From: a bacterium
GTDB lineage: Bacteria > Actinomycetota > Acidimicrobiia > Acidimicrobiales > Bin134
Assembly: GCA_026708015.1 (NCBI GenBank)
Contig: JAPOVT010000056.1
Coordinates: 164,134 to 228,133 of the forward strand
DNA length: 64,000 nucleotides
Reading direction: 5' to 3'
In this document: positions 9,044 to 17,669 of the stretch, piece by piece
How the letters are laid out: each line of letters opens with the position of its first letter
How positions within the stretch are numbered: the stretch's first letter is position 1
The notes under the pieces: generated by a model
Databases searched by the model: none
Told to the model about the DNA's origin: nothing
The model's input: the letters and a program-made list of their open reading frames with translations, nothing else
Program-made: the position numbers and the translations under genes

Positions 9044-10542
9044 CCCAACAGGTGCTTTTGGACCTTTCCCAAGGCGTTGCGGGGAAGCTCCTCGACTAGG
9101 TGGAGCAGTCGGGGGTGTTTGAAGTCGGCGCAAACTCCGTCTAGGTGTGTTCGCACGTCATCGAGCTTGGGAGCCTTTCTGGAGGCGGGCACTATCCAGG
9201 CGGTGACGAGTTCGCCCCATTCCTCGTGGGGGGTGCCGGTGATGGCCACGTCTTCGACGTCGGGGTGGGTGCGTATGGCGTCCTCTACCTCGCGGGGGTA
9301 GACGTTCAGGCCGCCGGAGATCACCAACTCCTTAGCCCGGCCCCGCAACCGTAGGTAACCCGCCTCATCGAATTCGCCCAGGTCGCCAGTTTGGAACCAG
9401 CCCTCGTCGTCAAATGCCGCCTCGGTGGCCTCAGGGCGGCGCCAGTAGCCGGCAAATACATTGGGACCCCGTACCAGCACCTCGCCGCTGTCGGGGTCGA
9501 GTTGCAATTCCACGCCGGGGAGAGGAAACCCCACGGTGCCCGCTCGGCGCTCGGTGTCGTAGGGGTTGGACACCAGCATGATGGTCTCGGTCATGCCGTA
9601 GCGCTCCAACACTCTCACCCTGGCAGCCTCTTCCAGGCGGCGGTGCAGATCAGCGGACAGAGGAGCAGAGCCGGCCACACACAGCCGCAGCTGGGACAGC
9701 TTTGCCACTCGTTCTGATTGGGCCAGCCGGGTGTACATGGTGGGCACCCCGAAGAACAAGGAGGCGTCGTGGGCAGCGGCTGCGTCTAGTACCGCGTCGG
9801 GGGAGAATCCGTCAAGCAATATCGCCGACGCACCGGTCAACAGCGTGCCGTGCAGCCCGACGCCCAGGCCGTGCATATGAAACAGGGGCAAGGCCAGCAC
9901 CAGGCGATCCTCGGGTTCCCAGCGCCAAGCGATGCGGACCGACTCGGCCCCGGCCAGCAAATTCCCGTGGGTTAGCACCGCCCCCTTGGGCGCCCCGGTG
10001 GTTCCCGAGGTGTAGCCCAACAGCGCGGGATCGCGACTGCCCATCTGGTCGAGGCTGGGAGCGGCTGCATCGTCGAGGTCCAGACGAGGGGAGACCACGG
10101 TCATCTCCGGGGCTAGTTCGGCCAGCCATCGCACCCACTCGGGCTTGTCCACAACCGCAGCCCGAGGCTCGGCGTCGCCCACAATGTGGGCCAGTTCGGC
10201 CTTCTGATAGGCCCCGTTCACCGGCACCACGATGAGCCCCAACCGCAGGGCAGCCACATGGGCTACGACCAGATCGACCGAAGCCGCCGCCGACAAGATG
10301 ATCCGGTCGCCCTTGCGCAGCCCTGCTCCGTAGAGCCGCCCAGCCGCAGCCTTCGTGCGCCGGGCCAGATCACCCCTCGAAACCCAACCGGCACTGGCAT
10401 CCCACAGAGTCGGCTTCGACGGCTCGGCAGCCCAGCGCTTGGCCCAAGCTGTCGGCAGACTGACTTCTTCCAGCAAGTCCACCTCATCGGGATCAACCCC
10501 AACAGGAAAGTGAACTGCATCGGCTCGTTCCGCCGCGTTCAT
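9040..10542 (-). CDS. AMP-dependent acyl-CoA synthetase/ligase
   Basis: 'LGYTSGTTGAPKGAV', 'WFQTGDLGEFDEAGYLRLRGRAKELVISGGLNVYP', 'GKVQKHLL'. Its stop overlaps the convergent 8642-9043 stop (CTAA). Confidence 0.85.
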   Translation of the reverse strand: MNAAERADAVHFPVGVDPDEVDLLEEVSLPTAWAKRWAAEPSKPTLWDASAGWVSRGDLARRTKAAAGRLYGAGLRKGDRIILSAAASVDLVVAHVAALRLGLIVVPVNGAYQKAELAHIVGDAEPRAAVVDKPEWVRWLAELAPEMTVVSPRLDLDDAAAPSLDQMGSRDPALLGYTSGTTGAPKGAVLTHGNLLAGAESVRIAWRWEPEDRLVLALPLFHMHGLGVGLHGTLLTGASAILLDGFSPDAVLDAAAAHDASLFFGVPTMYTRLAQSERVAKLSQLRLCVAGSAPLSADLHRRLEEAARVRVLERYGMTETIMLVSNPYDTERRAGTVGFPLPGVELQLDPDSGEVLVRGPNVFAGYWRRPEATEAAFDDEGWFQTGDLGEFDEAGYLRLRGRAKELVISGGLNVYPREVEDAIRTHPDVEDVAITGTPHEEWGELVTAWIVPASRKAPKLDDVRTHLDGVCADFKHPRLLHLVEELPRNALGKVQKHLLG

Positions 10543-10604
10543 CCAGCGATCATGTCACAGCATCTCGATATAGGCCGTTGTTTTTGTCACTTCCCGTGGA
10601 TACG

Positions 10605-10823
10605 ATGAACCCAATGCCTCTGCCTATCACTGACCCAGCCGAAGACGGCGTGGATTTTACGGAATATGTGGATGCATTTTTGGCAGTAGAGGCTGAATTA
10701 GCCGAAGGTGCCCTCCAAAATGAGCCTGAAGGCGATTTGCTGACCGTTGACGATCTTCGTGAATGGGCTGAGCGCCTCAGGTCCTCTATTGAGGAGGGCG
10801 ATGACCTGGAGCCTCCCCGATAG
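10605..10823 (+). CDS. small acidic protein, putative antitoxin
   Basis: 72 aa from ATG 10605, strongly acidic. 3' end overlaps the next ORF by 23 nt. AT-richer than surroundings. No family recognised. Confidence 0.3.
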   Translation: MNPMPLPITDPAEDGVDFTEYVDAFLAVEAELAEGALQNEPEGDLLTVDDLREWAERLRSSIEEGDDLEPPR

Positions 10824-11058
10824 GTTTTTGGGGCCAGTCTTCAACACATGGGCTGAATCAAAGGACGAAGCCGCTCGATACCAGCTTCTATTGGGACTGC
10901 TAGAGCTGGCTGATCGCCCGTGGGATGAACTGCCCGGATTCCCCGCTCCAGGACACTCACCCATGTGGCGTTGGGCCAAGATTGGGCCCACATTTGTGAC
11001 GTTTCTAGTCGCTGAGCCTCAAGGCAAGCTTGTGATCATTGATATCAGGGACGAGTAG
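10801..11058 (+). CDS. RelE/ParE-like toxin candidate
   Basis: 85 aa. C-terminal 'GPTFVTFLVAEPQGKLVIIDIRDE', preceded by 'LLELADRPWDELPGFP', resembles the RelE/ParE beta-sheet core. Operon geometry is typical of type II TA. Confidence 0.35.
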   Translation: MTWSLPDRFLGPVFNTWAESKDEAARYQLLLGLLELADRPWDELPGFPAPGHSPMWRWAKIGPTFVTFLVAEPQGKLVIIDIRDE

Positions 11059-11069
11059 TCTCACTCCCC

Positions 11070-12689
11070 GTGCCCTTGAATCTGGCTACGGCCTGGGAGG
11101 CGGCTGCGGAAGTGGTGCCGGATGCCGATGCGGTGGTGTGTCATCCGGTCAGCAGAACGTGGCGGAAGTTTGAGGATCGCGCTGCTCGGCTCGCTGGCGC
11201 GCTGGAGGGATTCGGCATAGGCGCGGGCGACAACGTTGGGCTCTACCTCTACAACGGCAACCCCTACAGCGAGGTCACCTTTGCCGCGTTCAAGGCCCGG
11301 GCCGCCCCATGCAATGTGAACTATCGCTATCTGGCCGGCGAGTTGCAGCACCTGCTGGAAGATGCCGACGCCAAGGCGATGTTCTTCTCCCCGGAGTTGG
11401 CCGATCGGGTGGACGAGGTCCGTGAGCACTTGCCGCTGCTTCGAGCAGCTATTCAAGTGGGCGATCCTGGCGACCCCGTGCCCGACTGGGCGGTGGATTA
11501 CGAGGTCCTCATCGCCGAGCATGATCCGGCACCTCCCATCGACCGCAGCCCTGACGACCTGTGGATCCTCTACACCGGCGGCACCACCGGCAAACCCAAA
11601 GGGGTCATTTGGCCCCACAGCTCGTTGATCGGTGCCATGGCCGGACCGTTTCGGGCGCTGACGCTGCCCCTCCCGGAGACAATCGAGTTGGTGAAGTCCA
11701 ACATCGCGGCCATCTACGACAGCAACCGAGTCACCCGACAGTTGGCGGCATCACCGCTCATGCACGGAACGGGCAGCATCGTTGCGCTGGCTACATTCAC
11801 TCAGGGCGGGGCGGTGATCACCATGCCGGAGCGCAGCTTCGACGCCGACGCCTTGTGGCGATGCGTTGAAAGGGACCGGGCGACCGTGCTGACCATCGTG
11901 GGTGACGCCTTTGGCCGACCCATGGCCGAAGCCTTGGATGCCGCGGCAGTTCGAGGCGAGCCCTACGACCTGTCGTCGGTGTTCATGATCATGTCCTCCG
12001 GGGTGATCTGGAGCCAGCCCGCCAAAGAGGCCTTACTGGTACACAAAGACATGAAGCTGGTGGACTCCCTGGGATCCAGTGAGGGCACCGGCACCGGCAT
12101 GAGGATCAGCGACCGCAAGGGCGGCTCGGCCACCGCCCGATTCACGTTGGGGGAGAACGCCGCGGTGTTTGACGAGGACGGTCAGCCAGTGGAGCCCGGC
12201 TCGGGGCAGCAGGGCATGGTGGCCGTGGGCGGCCCCATCCCCATCGGCTACTACAAGGACCCCAAGAAGACGGCGGCCACATTCCGCACCATCGGCGGGC
12301 GGCGCTGGTCGGTGCCCGGCGATTGGGCCACCGTGGAAGCCGACGGCACCATAACCCTGCTGGGCCGGGGTTCGGCGTGCATAAACAGCGCGGGAGAGAA
12401 GATCTACCCCGAAGAGGTGGAAGAAGCGGTCAAGGCCCATCCCGCGGTGGCCGACTGCCTGGTGGTAGGGGTGCCCGACCCCAAATGGGGCGAGGCGGTA
12501 ACCGCAGTGGTGCAGATGGCCAGCGAAGCCACCGACGAGGAGATCATTGCCGATGCCCGCAGCCGTCTGGCCGCCTACAAGCTCCCCAAGTCACTCATTC
12601 GCAGCGATGCCGTCAAGCGGGGGGCCAACGGCAAGCCCGACTACCAGTGGGCCAAAAAGTTCGCCCTCGAGTCCTTGGGCGTCGATTGA
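11070..12689 (+). CDS. AMP-dependent acyl-CoA synthetase/ligase
   Basis: 'ILYTGGTTGKPKGV', 'DWATVEADGTITLLGRGSACINSAGEKIYPEEVE', 'GKPDYQWAK'. Confidence 0.85.
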   Translation: MPLNLATAWEAAAEVVPDADAVVCHPVSRTWRKFEDRAARLAGALEGFGIGAGDNVGLYLYNGNPYSEVTFAAFKARAAPCNVNYRYLAGELQHLLEDADAKAMFFSPELADRVDEVREHLPLLRAAIQVGDPGDPVPDWAVDYEVLIAEHDPAPPIDRSPDDLWILYTGGTTGKPKGVIWPHSSLIGAMAGPFRALTLPLPETIELVKSNIAAIYDSNRVTRQLAASPLMHGTGSIVALATFTQGGAVITMPERSFDADALWRCVERDRATVLTIVGDAFGRPMAEALDAAAVRGEPYDLSSVFMIMSSGVIWSQPAKEALLVHKDMKLVDSLGSSEGTGTGMRISDRKGGSATARFTLGENAAVFDEDGQPVEPGSGQQGMVAVGGPIPIGYYKDPKKTAATFRTIGGRRWSVPGDWATVEADGTITLLGRGSACINSAGEKIYPEEVEEAVKAHPAVADCLVVGVPDPKWGEAVTAVVQMASEATDEEIIADARSRLAAYKLPKSLIRSDAVKRGANGKPDYQWAKKFALESLGVD

Positions 12690-12719
12690 TTTTTTCCGCA
12701 ACTCTGAAAACATAGAGCC

Positions 12720-12860
12720 ATGAGCATCAAAGTGACTGCGCTACCGGCGGCATTGGGAGCCACGGTGGAGGGGCTCGACGCCGATCACGGGCGCATTCAT
12801 CGGGTCACCATCTACGACCCCTCTGGCGCTGGCCCAGTAGTGACCGCGCCCGCAGCCTAG
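12720..12860 (+). pseudogene. TauD/TfdA-family Fe(II)/2OG dioxygenase remnant (N- and C-termini only)
   Basis: 46-aa ORF 'MSIKVTALPAALGATVEGLDADHGRIHRVTIYDPSGAGPVV...'. The first ~21 aa resemble the TauD N-terminus (...ITPLGPYIGAQISGADL). 'RIHRVTI' resembles the TauD C-terminal 'RIMHRATI'. About 250 central codons are missing. Confidence 0.5.
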
Positions 12861-14219
12861 CTAAAGCTCCAACAGGGCCTGTTCCACCACCTCGGTCAAC
12901 GCGGGGTGGATGTAGAGCTGGCCTCGAGCCATCTCGTCCACGGTGAGGCCGAACTGGAATCCCTGGATGAGCTGTTGGATGAGGGTGGGGGCTTGGGGGC
13001 CGATGATGTGGGCGCCCAGCAGTCGCCGGGTCTCGGGATCGGCCAGCACTTTGGCGAAGCTGGTGGTGTCCTCCATGGCCCAGCCATAGGCTGTGTCGCT
13101 GTAGGGCCGAACGGCCTTCAGATAAGGTCGCCTCTCGGCCCGCAGGGCCTGCTCGGTGGCCCCGACCGCGGCCACCTGGGGATAGGCGAACACCGCGTGG
13201 GGAATACCGGAGTGATCGGGCGCCCGCAGGTCGTCGGGATGGGAGATGTTGTGGGCCACCGCCCGGGTGTCCTCGTTGGCAGTGTGCTTGAGCTGGGCCG
13301 CATGGCAGATGTCGCCCAGCGCCCACACCCCCTCAACACCGGTGCGCAAGAACTCGTCGGTCACCACATAGCCGGCGTCGTCCAGTTCGATTCCAGAGCG
13401 GGTCACGCCGAGCTGCTTGCCGTTGGGTACTCGGCCAGTGGCCAGCAACAGCACATCGCCGATCACGTTCCGAGCCTCTGTGTGAACGGTGACCTGCGAC
13501 CCACTCTGGGACACCCTGGTGATGGGAGAGCCGAGGGTGCAGTCCATGCGCTGGGACACGATTTCGGTGAACGCGGCCGACACGTCCTCGTCTTCGGCCC
13601 GCAACAACCGGTCTGAGCGGTTCACGATGGACACCGACACCCCCATGGCGTCGAACACGTGACCCAGTTCAGCGGCGATGTAGCCCCCGCCCAGGATCAC
13701 CAGCCGCTCGGGCAGCGACTCCAGGCGCATAACTGTGTCGGAGGTGTGGCAGGGCACATCGTCGAGACCAGAGATCGGGGGGATGAACGGCCGGGCCCCG
13801 GCAGCCAGCACGATGTGGTCGCCGGTGAGCTGGTGCCCGCTCACCTCCAGCACTTTGTGGCCGACAAAGCGGGCGTCGCCGTTGAACACGGTCACGTTGT
13901 CGAGGCTGTGGCGGTAGTCCTCCCCGCCCTGGGCGATTGGGTCTATGCGCCCGAACACCCGGCCCACGATCTCCGGCCAGCGCACTCCGTCCAGCGAGCT
14001 GTCCACCCCCAAGTGCCCGGTATGGCCGGACTGGTGGGCCATGTCGGCGGCGTACACAAACATCTTGGAGGGTATGCAGCCCCGGTTGAGGCAGGTTCCG
14101 CCGAATGTGTCCCGTTCGATCAGCGCCACTCGCCAGTCGTCGAAATCCGGGGTCAGCACGCTATTACCCGATCCGGTGCCCACCACCACCAGGTCGAATT
14201 GCTCGGGTGATTGAGACAT
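12861..14219 (-). CDS. mtr: mycothione reductase (pyridine nucleotide-disulfide oxidoreductase)
   Basis: 'VVVGTGSGNSVL...FGGTCLNRGCIPSKMFVY', 'VFGRIDPIA', 'YGWAMEDT', 'IHPALTEVVEQALLEL' track the M. tuberculosis Mtr sequence as I remember it. Confidence 0.8.
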   Translation of the reverse strand: MSQSPEQFDLVVVGTGSGNSVLTPDFDDWRVALIERDTFGGTCLNRGCIPSKMFVYAADMAHQSGHTGHLGVDSSLDGVRWPEIVGRVFGRIDPIAQGGEDYRHSLDNVTVFNGDARFVGHKVLEVSGHQLTGDHIVLAAGARPFIPPISGLDDVPCHTSDTVMRLESLPERLVILGGGYIAAELGHVFDAMGVSVSIVNRSDRLLRAEDEDVSAAFTEIVSQRMDCTLGSPITRVSQSGSQVTVHTEARNVIGDVLLLATGRVPNGKQLGVTRSGIELDDAGYVVTDEFLRTGVEGVWALGDICHAAQLKHTANEDTRAVAHNISHPDDLRAPDHSGIPHAVFAYPQVAAVGATEQALRAERRPYLKAVRPYSDTAYGWAMEDTTSFAKVLADPETRRLLGAHIIGPQAPTLIQQLIQGFQFGLTVDEMARGQLYIHPALTEVVEQALLEL

Positions 14220-15109
14220 CAGCCGCCCTGAGGAGGCCCTTTGGCGGTTTGGTCTTCGTCGATGAGCTGGCCCCGGAAGCTGGGGTTGCGACCCAACTGA
14301 ATGTCCTCATGGCGGTTCATGATGGCCGGGGCGTACACGTAGTCGGTCCAGATGTAGAACTGGTTGTCGAGCACGGCCTGATACACCAACTCGGCTACCT
14401 CCGGCGGCTTCACAGCGTCTTCATAGATAGCCATCATCATCTGGATCCGCTCCTCGTCTTCGGGGGTGGGATCGGGCGGGATGATCGGTGAGCGCAGTGT
14501 TTCAGGGCGATTGCGCTCGGAATTGATGATGTTGGTGGTCACCAATCCTGGGCACAGCACTGACACGCCGACGGTCGAGCCGCTCTCCTGAAGTTCGTGG
14601 TAGAGCGTCTCGGAAATGGTCACCACCGCATGCTTGGATGCGTTGTAGGGGCCGATGTTGGGATACGACGTGTGGCCGGCGACTGAGCCGGTGTTCACGA
14701 TGTGGCCGTCTCCATGCTCCATGATGTGGGGCAGGAACACCCGGATTCCGTGGATAACCCCCCACAAGTTCACTCCGAGAATCCACTGCCAATCGGCAGT
14801 GGTCAGGGTGTGTATCAACCCGCCGGAGCCGACTCCGGCGTTATTGCACACCACGTTGACCTGTCCGAACCGGGAGAAGGCCGCTTCGGCAAGATCGTTC
14901 ATGTCCTGCTCCGAGCTCACGTCGGTGAGCACGCCCACCGCGTCCACTCCGGCGTCGTTCAACTCAGCGACCGCGGCGTCCATAGCCGGGCCTTCCACGT
15001 CGGCGATCATGATGCTGGCCCCGGCCGCGCCGAATCGGTCGGCCATGGCCCGGCCCATGCCGCTGGCCCCGCCGGTGATGACTGCTGCCTTGCCCTGAAG
15101 AGTGTCCAT
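14219..15109 (-). CDS. SDR-family oxidoreductase
   Basis: 'GKAAVITGGASGMGRA', 'NNAGV', 'YNASKHAV'. Confidence 0.8.
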   Translation of the reverse strand: MDTLQGKAAVITGGASGMGRAMADRFGAAGASIMIADVEGPAMDAAVAELNDAGVDAVGVLTDVSSEQDMNDLAEAAFSRFGQVNVVCNNAGVGSGGLIHTLTTADWQWILGVNLWGVIHGIRVFLPHIMEHGDGHIVNTGSVAGHTSYPNIGPYNASKHAVVTISETLYHELQESGSTVGVSVLCPGLVTTNIINSERNRPETLRSPIIPPDPTPEDEERIQMMMAIYEDAVKPPEVAELVYQAVLDNQFYIWTDYVYAPAIMNRHEDIQLGRNPSFRGQLIDEDQTAKGPPQGG

Positions 15110-15185
15110 GAGCCGACGCTACTGCTTGCCTGGTGGCCGAGCCGATGTCGGCGGCGATGAAACCAGGGCTACTAGGGTTCCCGCC

Positions 15186-16226
15186 GTGAGCAAGGTCAAC
15201 GCGGTTGTGATGTACCCGCTGGCGATGGAAGAGTCGGGGCTCGACGACCTTCACCGTCGGTTCCCAGGGGTTCAGTTCCACAACATCCCCTATTTCGAGC
15301 CCCACGGGCTGAGGGATGCCAAGGCCAAGGGCCGGGTCACCGAAGTGCTATTGGCCACGGCGCCGTCCCTGACTGAGGCCGAGAAGGAGACCATTGCGGC
15401 AGCCGATGTGCTGATGGCCCTCGACCTGCCCCCGGGGATCAGGGATTGGGCATCCCAACTGAGGTGGGTGCAGGCCATCGGGGCGGGGACCGGCCAACTG
15501 GAGCCGGCCAAATTGAAGGCCAAGGGCATTGTGTTGACCAACGCAGCCGGAGTGGCCTCAGCCCCAATCGCCGAGTTCGCCGTCGGACGCCTGCTAGAGG
15601 TGTGGAAGGACATCCGGGTGCTGGAGCGCCAGCAGAAGGACCATCACTGGCAAATGCACCAGGGCTTGTTGATGAAGGGGAAGACCATCGGCATCGTTGG
15701 CTTGGGGGCCATCGGCCGAGACGTGGCCCGTCGGGCCAAGGCCTTCGAGACCACCGTGCTGGGCAACCGCCGTTCGGCGCAAGCCGGCGACACCGACCCC
15801 GATGTGGATGAGCTGTACGGCCTCGACGGTCTTGATGAGATGCTGGTCCGCTGCGACGCGGTGGTGTTGTCTGCCCCGCAGACCCCTGAGACAGTTGACT
15901 TGTTCGACGCCGAACGCTTCGGGCGGCTCAAGCCAGGGGTAGTGCTGGTGAATGTGGGCCGGGGGTCGATCATCGACGAGGCCGCGCTGGTAGACGCGTT
16001 GAAGTCGGGACAGGTAGGCGCCGCAGTGCTGGACGTGACCCGAGAGGAGCCACTCCCCGCGGACAGCCCGCTGTGGGATGCGCCCAACATGTACCTGTCG
16101 CCCCATTGCTCCACCGCCCGAGAGGGCTACAACGAAGCCCTGATGGAATTGTTCTGCGACAACCTGGAGCGCTTTCTGGCCAACGAGCCGCTCCGCAACG
16201 TGGTAGACCCCGACCGGGGCTACTAG
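15186..16226 (+). CDS. D-isomer-specific 2-hydroxyacid dehydrogenase family
   Basis: 'GKTIGIVGLGAIGRDVARRA', 'LVNVGRGSIIDEAALVDAL...GAAVLDV'. Start uncertain (GTG 15186 or ATG 15210). The 15102 start would overlap the divergent SDR. Confidence 0.8.
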   Translation: MSKVNAVVMYPLAMEESGLDDLHRRFPGVQFHNIPYFEPHGLRDAKAKGRVTEVLLATAPSLTEAEKETIAAADVLMALDLPPGIRDWASQLRWVQAIGAGTGQLEPAKLKAKGIVLTNAAGVASAPIAEFAVGRLLEVWKDIRVLERQQKDHHWQMHQGLLMKGKTIGIVGLGAIGRDVARRAKAFETTVLGNRRSAQAGDTDPDVDELYGLDGLDEMLVRCDAVVLSAPQTPETVDLFDAERFGRLKPGVVLVNVGRGSIIDEAALVDALKSGQVGAAVLDVTREEPLPADSPLWDAPNMYLSPHCSTAREGYNEALMELFCDNLERFLANEPLRNVVDPDRGY

Positions 16227-16542
16227 ACAAGGAATGCCTACCCCACAGAGGATGACGAAACCATGCCGTCAGACGCCTGCAACGCCGCGGTCGCGGCCAT
16301 AAGGGAGCAGTAGCCCGCCTGCGCGGCTCCCATCTCGCCATGGACCGGTTTGGCGTTCTCGGGCGACTCAATGACCGAGCGGGCTGAGCGCGATCCCATG
16401 CTGTATCGGCTCCGTGGAGTTTCGCCCCTGGCAAGACATGATGCACGTTTGGCACTTGCTTGCCGGCCTCGCCCCCGAAGCAGAAGAGGCATCGCCGAGC
16501 TGGCTGCCTACATTTCCGAGCGGACGTAGCCGTCCCGCCCGA

Positions 16543-17652
16543 TCAGCTGGCGGCTAAGCGCGCCCCCAAGGTGCGCAGCTGCTGGGTGCCGGCGCCCAGG
16601 GAGCATTCAATGTGCTTGTTCCACAGGGTGTAGCGGTGGAGGGGGTAGTCGATGCTCACCCCCATGCCACCGTGGACGTGTTGGGTGGCGTGGGCCACGT
16701 CGTGGGCCCAATGGGATGCGTACCACTTGGCAATGGGCAGCCGCATCGACGCGTCGTTTCCCTCGGCCAGGTCGTACAGCGTGGCGTAAGTACACAGCCG
16801 AACCGCCTCGACGTGCATGAACTGGTCGGCCAGGCGCTGGGTGACCGCTTGAAAGGTGGCCACCGGGCGGCCGAATTGCTCACGCTCGGAGGTGTAGTCG
16901 GCGGCTAGGCGCAGCGCCTGATCAACCACACCCACCTGGGTGGCGCACAACAGGGCCACCGCATGATCGGCCAGCCACGCCACCGCTGCCTCGTCGGACG
17001 GACCCAAGGGCTCGCACTGGGCCCCGTAGAAGCTCACCTGGTGAACGGGCTGGAGCCGGGTGGACTTGCCCTCCACCATGGTCACCGCTGAGTCGGCCAA
17101 GTCCACGAGGAAAAGCCCCGTGCCGCTGATGATGCCGTTGTCGGAGCCATCGTCGAGTCCCGCCACTACCACGATCTTGGAGGATTCGGCGGCGAACTCG
17201 ACCACCTCCTTGCAGCCCACCAATCTTCCATCCACCACCCGGGCCGTCGGGCTGGTGATGTCGTCGTTCAGGTATTCCTGAATGCCGAGAGTCAACAGGT
17301 TCGACCCGTCGGTGCAGCCGGGCAATTCCTGCCGGCGCTGCTCGTCGGAGCCGAAGGCGTCCACTGCCAGGGCAGCCAGCATTCCGCTCCACAACGGCAG
17401 CGGGGCCACATGGCGCCCCTGGGCCTCGAGCACCTGGCCGACGGCGATCAGATCCAGACCGCCGCCGCCCACGTCCTCACCCAGGCCGATGCCCACCAGA
17501 CCCGCGGCGGCCAGCTCGGCGTAGAGGTCCCGATCGAACCACTCGTCGGCGGCCTCGGTCTCCATGAGCCGCTCCATGTCGAGGCGGTCGCCCATGATCC
17601 GGTTGGCCAGGTCGGCTACCGCCTGCTGTCCTTCATTGAGGGTGAAGTCCAT
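16543..17652 (-). CDS. acyl-CoA dehydrogenase family, downstream (beta-like) paralog
   Basis: ACAD fold over its whole length (start MDFTLNEGQQA at ATG 17652). The C-terminal signature is degenerate ('LGAGTQQLRTLG'). Confidence 0.8.
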   Translation of the reverse strand: MDFTLNEGQQAVADLANRIMGDRLDMERLMETEAADEWFDRDLYAELAAAGLVGIGLGEDVGGGGLDLIAVGQVLEAQGRHVAPLPLWSGMLAALAVDAFGSDEQRRQELPGCTDGSNLLTLGIQEYLNDDITSPTARVVDGRLVGCKEVVEFAAESSKIVVVAGLDDGSDNGIISGTGLFLVDLADSAVTMVEGKSTRLQPVHQVSFYGAQCEPLGPSDEAAVAWLADHAVALLCATQVGVVDQALRLAADYTSEREQFGRPVATFQAVTQRLADQFMHVEAVRLCTYATLYDLAEGNDASMRLPIAKWYASHWAHDVAHATQHVHGGMGVSIDYPLHRYTLWNKHIECSLGAGTQQLRTLGARLAAS

Positions 17653-17669
17653 TGCCTTGCCGCCTACTG

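Noticed and set aside
16227-16542. 316-nt gap between convergent genes (largest non-coding stretch in a native region); checked for small ORF, RNA gene or relic
   Set aside because: None of the six frames gives a recognisable peptide. ORFs 16238-16492 and 15970-16455 are Arg/Ala/Ser-rich. I could not see a strong hairpin or a tRNA-like structure by eye. It remains unexplained, and a covariance-model scan would be needed.
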